Virus record (IMG/VR): IMGVR_UViG_3300020045_020219
Span: 1-35,570 of that record
DNA: 35,570 nt
Source of the DNA: a virus
Taxonomy: Duplodnaviria > Caudoviricetes
Strand: one strand, 5' to 3'
Positions 17,931 through 25,952 of the stretch are shown piece after piece. The position numbers and the translations under genes were made by a program. Position 1 is the stretch's first letter; each line of letters opens with the position of its first letter. The notes below the pieces were generated by a model. That model saw only the letters and a list, made by a program, of their open reading frames with translations, searched no databases and had not been told where the DNA came from.

Positions 17931-17936
17931 TTAAAA

Positions 17937-18941
17937 TTACTCATTGATCAAACACACGGAATGCCTAAAATCATTACCTGCAAATAGGAGTATATTTTCT
18001 CCTATTATTACATCTGTTGAAAATTCAAGTATCTGAATCATATGTTCAGGGCTGACATCAAACTTCAATTCGTCTCCATCATAATCAGGAGCCGAAACGG
18101 GTTCTTTAAACCAGGCACCTTTGCCTTCTGAAAAGACATTGATAAATTTCTTTGCTATTTTTACTGTTACTTTGTCTTCATCTTTTGAAAGAATTGATTG
18201 GGCTCGGTTTAAAGCTCCCGATAAAGCCTTTGGAAGCTGTATCTTTCTCCCTTCAACATTTAGAAACTCTTCCAGAGAAGGATAATCATCAACGATAACC
18301 CGATGAGTAAAAACAACTCCATTTTCATCTTTGTAATGGGCACAGGATTCAGTCAAGGCATATTCAATAATTTTGAAGGCAGAAAGAAATGAAGCTATCT
18401 TTCTTGAAATCAAAAGTTTATTGTCTAATAGGCCTGTCATTTCTGATTTCAAGATTTTTTCTGAAATACGATAATTGTCAGAAGAAATAATTCGATCTTT
18501 TGCTACATATAAATTACACATAGAGCCATAAGACGAATCGTTCGCAGCGCTGAAAATACAAAATTTTAAGGCATCAATAAAGCCTTCTGGAAATTTATTC
18601 CATTCTTTTACCTGAGCAAGGCCAAGATCGGGAATTGTCTTTGGATCATAAGAAATCAGTGAGAATCCGGCTTTTCCTTCCGCCCCAACTATCAATTGGT
18701 CTTCTTCGAGAGAAAGAGAGATTTCGTCAACAGCAGATTTCTCAATGAGCTTTGTAAATTTCTCTTCTTGAATGGCCGCTATAAAATCGGTTTTCAACGG
18801 AACGGAGATAGAAATATTGTCTCCATAGCTTATAAGCTTTTCTCCGTCAAAGATTATAAGCCCTTTGAACTCAATAAGTTTTCCATCCGATATTGCTGGC
18901 TTTACTTTTTTAATTGCTTCCAATAATACTTGTTTCTTCAT
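17937..18941 (-). CDS. dnaN: DNA polymerase III beta-like sliding clamp
   Basis: 334 aa, three-domain pattern, LL.AI.KV, SSDNYRI (ATDG.RL-like), DYP linker, final F.H.V..I. Confidence 0.8.
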   Translation of the reverse strand: MKKQVLLEAIKKVKPAISDGKLIEFKGLIIFDGEKLISYGDNISISVPLKTDFIAAIQEEKFTKLIEKSAVDEISLSLEEDQLIVGAEGKAGFSLISYDPKTIPDLGLAQVKEWNKFPEGFIDALKFCIFSAANDSSYGSMCNLYVAKDRIISSDNYRISEKILKSEMTGLLDNKLLISRKIASFLSAFKIIEYALTESCAHYKDENGVVFTHRVIVDDYPSLEEFLNVEGRKIQLPKALSGALNRAQSILSKDEDKVTVKIAKKFINVFSEGKGAWFKEPVSAPDYDGDELKFDVSPEHMIQILEFSTDVIIGENILLFAGNDFRHSVCLINE

Positions 18942-18998
18942 TTTGGTCTCCCTTTTATTAAATTATTTTTGCTTCTTTTAAAATATTTTTTTGTCAAG

Positions 18999-19721
18999 TT
19001 ATTGCGAACTTAATACCTTTCTTACTTTGATAGGATTCAATCTATCTTTAAATATTTTCAAACTTTCTCTTCCTAAAACTCCCCCATCATTAACAAGTTT
19101 GTTTGCATTTATATAATATAAATATCTTAAATATTCTGGCAAAAAAGGAATATTTTTACATATACAATATCGATAATTAAGATACTTAAAATTTTCATCC
19201 CAAATATTTATTCCATAAATATCTTTAGATGATTCTCCGATTAGATAACTTTGACTTTTCCCTTCAAAAACATAATCAACTAATACATTTGCGTCTTCTA
19301 TATTTTCAAAATTATCAACCCATTCAGATAATAATTTTTCTTTTTTATTTTTTGAAAGATCATTACCAGAAAGATATGATAAATCTTCTTTAATTCTTTC
19401 CGGAAATTTTTTAGAATTCTTTCGGAAAGTCATCCACTTTTTTCCAACCATATTTAAAAAACTTTTGGGATCATAGATATATTCATAATCCAAAAAGTTT
19501 TTACCGGAGAATTCAGGAAAATCGCTCCAAAACTTTCCTCCAATAAATTCTCCTTTTAAAGAAATTTTTGGGAAAATCAATTGGGCATCTCCATAGATTG
19601 AAACAATATCGTTTTGAAGATCTATGATAAAATTACTTTTTTCAAAATATTCAACAGAACACCACCAATTCGGAGTTATGTTATATTTCTCTAGCAAATT
19701 TATATATTCAAAACTATTCAT
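18999..19721 (-). CDS. DUF2156/LPG-synthase C-terminal-like GNAT-fold transferase
   Basis: EYIY....F..M.GKKW..FRKN.KKF and VNDGG.LG.ESL..FK..LNP resemble the DYIY...L.GKK....RN and INRE.DLG..GL...K...P motifs of the family. Confidence 0.6.
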   Translation of the reverse strand: MNSFEYINLLEKYNITPNWWCSVEYFEKSNFIIDLQNDIVSIYGDAQLIFPKISLKGEFIGGKFWSDFPEFSGKNFLDYEYIYDPKSFLNMVGKKWMTFRKNSKKFPERIKEDLSYLSGNDLSKNKKEKLLSEWVDNFENIEDANVLVDYVFEGKSQSYLIGESSKDIYGINIWDENFKYLNYRYCICKNIPFLPEYLRYLYYINANKLVNDGGVLGRESLKIFKDRLNPIKVRKVLSSQ

Positions 19722-19869
19722 TATTCTTTAAAAAACCCTTTCCTTTTGGGAATGATTTTTGAGGGTTGACCACATTTTCTTTCTGGTTGTTCTTTTGGCT
19801 CTTCTCTGAGATTAATCTCTTGACTAAGTCCTTCGTTATTCGTCCTCCCTTCCTGCTCTTGCCTCCCAT
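19714..19869 (-). CDS. overprinted small basic protein (51 aa, MGGKSRKGGRITKDLVKRLI...KGKGFLKNNE)
   Basis: Not in the track; AGGAGG SD 6 nt before ATG; alternative frame inside the tail of 19721-20614. Confidence 0.6.
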   Translation of the reverse strand: MGGKSRKGGRITKDLVKRLISEKSQKNNQKENVVNPQKSFPKGKGFLKNNE

Positions 19870-20614
19870 CGTTTTCCTCCTGACTTATAATTTCTATGTC
19901 GCCAATTTCATCATAAAAGCAACAGGCCATAATCCCGACAACTTTAACGGGCGGAGTCCCTGGCCCTAATCCCATTTCTCCTTCTAACAAGAAATATTGA
20001 TTGCTTTCATTAAAATAAAAATGGACTTTATTATAATATATAAAAATAGACAAAAAATCATCAGTCCTTATTCCTATTGGGCCAAAATTTTTTGTTAAAT
20101 TCGGTTGAAGTCCTCTCATCCCTTCATTTTTTTGAATAATTTCATGTTTTCCCCCGCTGAAAATATCTCTTTGAATCATATAAAAAGTCTTATTTTTAAA
20201 GGATAATTCAATATGGGACAATTCATCTTTTAAAGAAGAAGAGATTGAATTTGAGAAAAAAATACTATCCTCACTATAATGGGTAAAGAATTTCTTAAAA
20301 AGATTATCTATTTCCTCAAATCCTCGACTTGCTTTACAACAAGTCTTTTTGATTGTATGATCTTTTTTTTCAATAGTAAAAACAGCCTGACCATTTTCTT
20401 CTTTGAAATTTTCGCTTATAAACTCAGTTGCGTTGAAACTTACTTCTTGGGCAAATTGAGGCTCGTTTTCTGGAAGAAAAAACCTCAACAATAAGGTGTT
20501 ATCTTTATTCAAAAGATAAATAACCCTTCCTTTGCAATAAATTTCATTTCTTAATCTTCCCGTATCTGAAAGTTTTTTAGCTCTTTCAAAAATTGTTTTA
20601 GTCATTTGGTTCAT
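19721..20614 (-). CDS. hypothetical beta-rich protein with low-complexity tail
   Basis: 297 aa, ATGA overlap with the radical SAM gene; ends KRKGFFKE. Confidence 0.75.
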   Translation of the reverse strand: MNQMTKTIFERAKKLSDTGRLRNEIYCKGRVIYLLNKDNTLLLRFFLPENEPQFAQEVSFNATEFISENFKEENGQAVFTIEKKDHTIKKTCCKASRGFEEIDNLFKKFFTHYSEDSIFFSNSISSSLKDELSHIELSFKNKTFYMIQRDIFSGGKHEIIQKNEGMRGLQPNLTKNFGPIGIRTDDFLSIFIYYNKVHFYFNESNQYFLLEGEMGLGPGTPPVKVVGIMACCFYDEIGDIEIISQEENDGRQEQEGRTNNEGLSQEINLREEPKEQPERKCGQPSKIIPKRKGFFKE

Positions 20615-22011
20615 AAGCATCCCTCCAAAATATTCATTCTAAAATCGTCATTTTTAAGATATTGCCATTCTACATTACCTTGAGTCCCTGATGGAAGAAT
20701 TCCTTGGCCATACCCCATAGAATAGGCCTCAAGTCCTCCATTTTCCATCTGCCAAAGTTGATGAACTTCTTCTTTTAATTTGTCAGAAAGAAATCCTCCG
20801 TTATTATTCACAAAATTTTCAAATTCTTTCCAATTGACTAATTTTCCCTGCTGCCGTTGGATATATCTTATTGCTCCAACCGTCGACCCATAATTAAATT
20901 TAGAATCAGAAAACCAATCTCCAACCTGGCAACATATATCATCATCGTTATAAGGGACATTACCAAGGTCAAAGGTTGAACATTTAAAGCCTTTTTCTTT
21001 GAACATCTCCATAAACTTATTTAATAACAAGGAGCCAATAGCTTGACTTTCGCTTGTTAAAAGAAACATTCTGTTATAGTCATATCCTTGTCGAATATAA
21101 TTTTCCTTTATCCCAGCATTATTGACTGAAAAACTATAGGTATCAAAGGTCATATGTCTTACTCCTGCTTCATAAACTTCGTCTATATATTTTTTTACTG
21201 CATCAGGATGGTCATTGATAAAGGCCATATATGGTTCAATTCTAGCAACAACTCTTATCCCTGCTGCTGACATTTTTCTCATAGCTTCAAGACGTCTGGA
21301 ATAGCTTGGAGCGCCTGGTTCTAATTTTTTTAATAAATTTTCATCAGATGATATTAAAGTCACATGAACCGCTGCCTTTGCTGGATTGTCTGTTAAGGCT
21401 TTTAAATAAGCCTCATCAGCAACCAAATCTGATTTTGTGTTTATCATTACTGGATAATTTGAAGATGCAAGAAATTTTAATAATTCAAGGGAGACTCCTC
21501 TTTTCTTTTCTACAAGATGAAAATCTTCAAAACGGATACCGATGCGAATGGGCATTTTATTGTTAATAGCTCTTTGAATTTCTGAAGAGGTAGGTTTGCC
21601 AATGTTATCAAAGTATTTTGATAATTCAGGTTTAAAAAATTCAGGATTGCATGATCTCAATTTAACGGCTTTTCCATTATCAAAGAAATTAGGATAAAGC
21701 TTTCCTCTAAAATAATCGGCAAAGCAATAACGGCATTTAAATGGGCATAGAATTCCGTCCCAAACATCAATATTTAAACACATTGGGCAAGCTTGGGCAC
21801 GTAGAGAAACTTCAATAAAATTACTAAATTCTTCTGTGTTTAATAACCTTTCGTTTTTTACCCATTCCCCGGAAGAAAGATTGAATTGATGATAATTTGT
21901 TTTTCTTCCTTTTTCTTTTATCGCAGATTGAAGTTTTTGATTAGTCCCTATCAAAACTTTTTGTCTTGGAATAAGCTTTGCCACTTCTTTTCTTAACTCA
22001 TAATAATTCAT
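20611..22011 (-). CDS. radical SAM enzyme, SPL-like (rSAM-1)
   Basis: CPFKCRYC (CxxxCxxC), INTKS, LEPGAPS..RRL, ARIEP, C-terminal CC. Confidence 0.88.
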   Translation of the reverse strand: MNYYELRKEVAKLIPRQKVLIGTNQKLQSAIKEKGRKTNYHQFNLSSGEWVKNERLLNTEEFSNFIEVSLRAQACPMCLNIDVWDGILCPFKCRYCFADYFRGKLYPNFFDNGKAVKLRSCNPEFFKPELSKYFDNIGKPTSSEIQRAINNKMPIRIGIRFEDFHLVEKKRGVSLELLKFLASSNYPVMINTKSDLVADEAYLKALTDNPAKAAVHVTLISSDENLLKKLEPGAPSYSRRLEAMRKMSAAGIRVVARIEPYMAFINDHPDAVKKYIDEVYEAGVRHMTFDTYSFSVNNAGIKENYIRQGYDYNRMFLLTSESQAIGSLLLNKFMEMFKEKGFKCSTFDLGNVPYNDDDICCQVGDWFSDSKFNYGSTVGAIRYIQRQQGKLVNWKEFENFVNNNGGFLSDKLKEEVHQLWQMENGGLEAYSMGYGQGILPSGTQGNVEWQYLKNDDFRMNILEGCL

Positions 22012-22837
22012 TTGGTGCACTCCCAATATTCCAGAACAAGACTTTTTTATCCTGAAAGATTTGTATATTTTCTGTTAACCATTGCCATGCCTTAAGATCA
22101 TAATAAGGATGAGAAGGGAAAGGACAGAATGCTTTTGAAGGCTTAGTATATTCCCATTTAGAATCTATCAAAAATAAATTTTGGCCTCTATACCCCCACC
22201 TTTGAGTTTTTTCTATTATTCTTTTCTTTTTTAACTCTGCATTTCGTGTCCAACCAAGAATTCCATATACTTCTTTTTTAAGATCAATTCCATTTAAAAT
22301 ACCTGAAGTTATTGTGCCGCTACCGACATTAATAACAACACAATCGAAATCTATTTCCTTTTGAACTTTTTGAATAATTTTAGAAGTTTCTATTGTAGTC
22401 TCTTTTAATTGTAAACCCAAAGGCAACATAATAGAATTTTCATAATTTTGATTTAAGATTTTTTTGGATAAATAAAAATTGACTTTAGTTCTTCCTGCCT
22501 TTAACTGTATTATATCTGCTCCAAATTTATTCCATTGCTCTTTATGAAATCTTAAATATTTTAAATCCTCTCTTTCTGAGACATAAACAGGTTCAAAGAT
22601 AACCGCTTTTAAACCTATTTCTTTACAAGCCCAGGAGACTCCCCACCCTGCCATGCTAATTGAGGTTTCAGTATATCCCACTGTTTTAAACCCTTGATCT
22701 GCTAAAGATAACAAATAAGGAAATAAACCTCTTACTTTGGAAAAAGTCGGCCCTGGAAAAGGACAAGCAAAATCTTCTCTTTTAACCAAAACTTCCTTAT
22801 CATTAATCAAATATTTTTCTATCGGCGTTTCATTCAA
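21998..22837 (-). CDS. fold-type-II PLP enzyme (ACC deaminase/D-cysteine desulfhydrase-like)
   Basis: TPIE, VKRED, SKVRG (Schiff-base Lys), VGSGT...G, PYYD.KAW, LFWNIG. Confidence 0.85.
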   Translation of the reverse strand: MNETPIEKYLINDKEVLVKREDFACPFPGPTFSKVRGLFPYLLSLADQGFKTVGYTETSISMAGWGVSWACKEIGLKAVIFEPVYVSEREDLKYLRFHKEQWNKFGADIIQLKAGRTKVNFYLSKKILNQNYENSIMLPLGLQLKETTIETSKIIQKVQKEIDFDCVVINVGSGTITSGILNGIDLKKEVYGILGWTRNAELKKKRIIEKTQRWGYRGQNLFLIDSKWEYTKPSKAFCPFPSHPYYDLKAWQWLTENIQIFQDKKVLFWNIGSAPNELL

Positions 22838-23583
22838 AATAGAAAACCTCCATCTTTGTGAATTATAGAAATAGGTTCTATATCAGGGGTAAAGTATTCA
22901 ATAAATTCTCCTTTCTTTTCTGATTTTTTTAAAAATAGCAAAGCACAAGCATTAGTTTTAAAAAAATAAACCCCTTTTATGTCAAAACCAAATAATCTCC
23001 AAAAAATGTCTTGACATAATTCATAGTATTGTTCCCATGTTGCTAATCTATATCCCTTTAAATTCTTTTCCCCAAATTTTTTACCAAAACAAAAAGAATC
23101 CGCAATTATCATACATTTAGAGCATTCAAAAAATTTTAATAATACTTTATACCAAAAGTAAATTTGATTTAAAGTAAAATTATTGAAATCAAGCATTGTT
23201 AAATCGAAAGTTTCTTTACAATTAAAATCAAAAACATCTAAATTATAAATTTTTTCTTTGTGTTCAGGGAAATTTTTTATTAAAATATCATAACATCCCT
23301 TATCCAAATCGTTTAAATACATTATTTGAGGGTTTAAATATTTTTTGGCGATAGAAGCAGTTAAACCAGTTCCTCCAAAACAGTCCAAATAAGTTCGAAT
23401 CCTTTCTTCAAGAAAATCTTTTCTTTTCATAATCGCTTTGAAGGCTCCTATTTCACTTTCAATATCTTTTTTATGTTTACTTATAAAATTTTTTTGAGCA
23501 GAAAGTTTTTCTATTTTACCTTCATTAAAATCACAATTTTTACCAAGATCAACAATAATATTAGAATCAAAAATTATTTTCAT
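22834..23583 (-). CDS. Rossmann-fold SAM-dependent transferase, atypical
   Basis: YLDCFGGTG motif I, LNDLD, NLDVF, DLTMLDFNNF at the motif IV position. Confidence 0.65.
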   Translation of the reverse strand: MKIIFDSNIIVDLGKNCDFNEGKIEKLSAQKNFISKHKKDIESEIGAFKAIMKRKDFLEERIRTYLDCFGGTGLTASIAKKYLNPQIMYLNDLDKGCYDILIKNFPEHKEKIYNLDVFDFNCKETFDLTMLDFNNFTLNQIYFWYKVLLKFFECSKCMIIADSFCFGKKFGEKNLKGYRLATWEQYYELCQDIFWRLFGFDIKGVYFFKTNACALLFLKKSEKKGEFIEYFTPDIEPISIIHKDGGFLF

Positions 23584-24656
23584 ATTAAAAATCCCCTTTT
23601 CTTCTTTGGTAAAGAAATTTCTGGGATATCTTTCATTGTATAAAATCCTTTAGAATCTCCGGTTAAAATTTTTCTTCCTTCTTCAAAATCTCCAATTCCG
23701 TCCCAAGTAGAAGATAATATTTCTTCGACTTCCATTTTAGGGTTTTGTTGAAGAATTCTTTTCCATGTATGAGTATTGAACGTCATAGGATTAGAAACAT
23801 CAACTCCACAACAAGTATTTGCTTTTTGAAAATATGATCCTGTATTAACAAAATCAGGGCACCCAAGAATAATATCATATTTTTTTGCTAAATCAATTAA
23901 TTTTTGTTGAATAGGTTTCCAATTTTCATCTTGATTTCCCTCCCAAATCGCCATTATATCAAGTCCAATATCCAATAACCTTTTGGCAACAAAATCATTA
24001 AAATGAAAATTATAAATATTATATCGATTAATTCCTTCTGATTTCAGCCTTTTCAACATATCCTCAAATTGTTCAACAGTATGCCAACCGGGGATAAAAG
24101 GCTCTCCATTAACAGCTACCTGCATACCCTCTCTTTTTAAAAGAGCTATATGAGTAAATCTATGGCTTATGGGTGTTGTTCTTTGTCTTTCGAGAACTTC
24201 CCAATCCTTTTCCACCCCACAACTAATAATAGGCTGAACTATTCCAAAATTTTTACAGGAAACAATATCATCAAAATAATCCATCATTATTTCTGTAACC
24301 ATTGTTTGAATAACAAAAGGCCATTCTAATTTTTTCAAAATTTTAATACATTGTTGAGAAATTCTATATTCTCTTTCTGATTTTTGAAATGGATCTGTTT
24401 TGTTCCCGAACCTCAAAACTTTCTTTTTCTTAATTGCATGAGCTAATGAAGTCTTTGGAGAAGAATTTTTTAAACCATTAACGAGTTTAGATTCTAACTC
24501 ATTTGGATCAATAGGATTTAAACCATTATTCCAAATATGGTTAAGTCTTCTCAAATAACAATGCCAGCAATCATTAAGGCAATCTCCATATGAATCAAGA
24601 GAAAAACAGAGGGGACAATATAAACTGTCCCCTCTTATGGAAAGCCCATGAGACAT
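23580..24656 (-). CDS. radical SAM enzyme, SPL-like (rSAM-2)
   Basis: CPL..SLDSYG.CLNDCWHCY, RFG.KTDPFQ..E, LE..T....R, EPFIP, TCCG. Confidence 0.88.
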   Translation of the reverse strand: MSHGLSIRGDSLYCPLCFSLDSYGDCLNDCWHCYLRRLNHIWNNGLNPIDPNELESKLVNGLKNSSPKTSLAHAIKKKKVLRFGNKTDPFQKSEREYRISQQCIKILKKLEWPFVIQTMVTEIMMDYFDDIVSCKNFGIVQPIISCGVEKDWEVLERQRTTPISHRFTHIALLKREGMQVAVNGEPFIPGWHTVEQFEDMLKRLKSEGINRYNIYNFHFNDFVAKRLLDIGLDIMAIWEGNQDENWKPIQQKLIDLAKKYDIILGCPDFVNTGSYFQKANTCCGVDVSNPMTFNTHTWKRILQQNPKMEVEEILSSTWDGIGDFEEGRKILTGDSKGFYTMKDIPEISLPKKKRGFLI

Positions 24657-24657
24657 T

Positions 24658-25239
24658 TTATTTGGCTACTTTAAAGCCAGAATTTTTAATTTCTTCAAAA
24701 ACTTTTGAAACGATATTGAAGGCCCATTTTGTTTCATTCGGATTTGAAGTTCCTCCTGCGGAGGCATATTCTTTATCGATAAGAGAAAGAATTGATTCTT
24801 TGGTTTCTTCTTTGCCAAGAAGAAAAAGAAAAACGTCTGTTGTGATTTCAATACGACCCTTCCCGACTTTGAGCTTATTCGGAGGATTCTTGGAAATCTT
24901 CTTTTCTGAAGTTTCCTTTTTCTTTTCCGGGGATTCTTCTTTTATTATTGGAGGGAAAACTTCCTTCAATCTTTTTGCTGTATCAGGCGAAATTGCTCTT
25001 ATCGCTTCAACTGTTTCTTTCTGAAGCAAAGGAATATCTCCTGATTGAAGAAGTTCATACTTGCCTTCTCCATTCTTGAATTCGCATATTCCTTTTACCT
25101 CTGAGATTATTGCTCCAGTAAAATCATCTTCATTGGTAAAATCTGCTTCTGAAAAGGTGCTACCTATTGCTGGTTCAAGTTGAAGAATTTTGTTTAAATC
25201 TGCCATAGTTGCTATTAAAATTGCTTTTGTTAAATCCAT
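24658..25239 (-). CDS. hypothetical protein, first gene after promoter motif copy 4
   Basis: 193 aa, AGGAG SD, Lys/Glu-rich linker. Confidence 0.75.
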   Translation of the reverse strand: MDLTKAILIATMADLNKILQLEPAIGSTFSEADFTNEDDFTGAIISEVKGICEFKNGEGKYELLQSGDIPLLQKETVEAIRAISPDTAKRLKEVFPPIIKEESPEKKKETSEKKISKNPPNKLKVGKGRIEITTDVFLFLLGKEETKESILSLIDKEYASAGGTSNPNETKWAFNIVSKVFEEIKNSGFKVAK

Positions 25240-25270
25240 ATAAATGTCTCCTTTAAAATTTATGCATTGA

Positions 25271-25311
25271 TATTTTATTATATAAAAAATTACTTTTTAT
25301 ATAATAAAATA
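25271..25311. promoter_or_regulatory. 18-bp perfect palindrome made of two back-to-back promoter motifs
   Basis: TATTTTATTATATAAAAA-attac-TTTTTATATAATAAAATA; motif on minus at 25276-25288 and on plus at 25294-25306. Confidence 0.75.
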
Positions 25312-25952
25312 ATAAAAGAATTAAAAATATGAAGCCCTAATTCTGGTTCAACACAATTCCTTAATGTTTTTATTTTATCTATTCCTTTATAATTATTAAT
25401 ATTAAATTGTTTAAATTGTGTTAATTTTTCAATGCCACCATAATGATTTCTAGTCTTGATATCATAATTAGGAATGTAAAAATTTGACCAAAAATAATGA
25501 TTTCCTCTTTCTTGAGGGAATATCAGGGGGGCATACCATGATTTTACATTTTCTACTACATAATGGCCCTTATAATATCCTTTTAAAAAAAGGATTTCTT
25601 CATAAAGTTTCATATCAGGATAAACTATTTTATTTTTTGCTTTTCCATTTGTAAAAAGTTTATTCATTTTGCTATGACTTTGACATGGCGGACTTGACCA
25701 AATAAAATCAAATTCTTTAAAATGATCTAATAAATATTGATGAGCATCAGCAATAATAACCTTATCATTTGGGAAAAAATCCTGATATATTTTAGCAATA
25801 TTAGGATTTAATTCCACAGCTATTATTTCATGTTCGTTTCCCCAGAGTTTTCTATTTCCACCAATACCACAATATAGGTTTGCTATTCTTAATTTTTTAT
25901 TAGTTTTAATAAGATTTGGAATTTTATTTATTTCAAAAAATCCTTTTCTCAT
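25290..25952 (-). CDS. DNA (cytosine-5) methyltransferase, short phage type
   Basis: NLYCGIGG, SPPCQ, VENV, R..YFW, RNCV; ATGA overlap with the helicase. Confidence 0.88.
   Translation of the reverse strand: MRKGFFEINKIPNLIKTNKKLRIANLYCGIGGNRKLWGNEHEIIAVELNPNIAKIYQDFFPNDKVIIADAHQYLLDHFKEFDFIWSSPPCQSHSKMNKLFTNGKAKNKIVYPDMKLYEEILFLKGYYKGHYVVENVKSWYAPLIFPQERGNHYFWSNFYIPNYDIKTRNHYGGIEKLTQFKQFNINNYKGIDKIKTLRNCVEPELGLHIFNSFIILLYKK

Noticed and set aside
20611-24656. 7-deazaguanine, Z-base or anaerobic RNR activase pathway
   Set aside because: No FolE/QueC/QueD/DpdA, PurZ or NrdD seen; the rSAMs look SPL-like.
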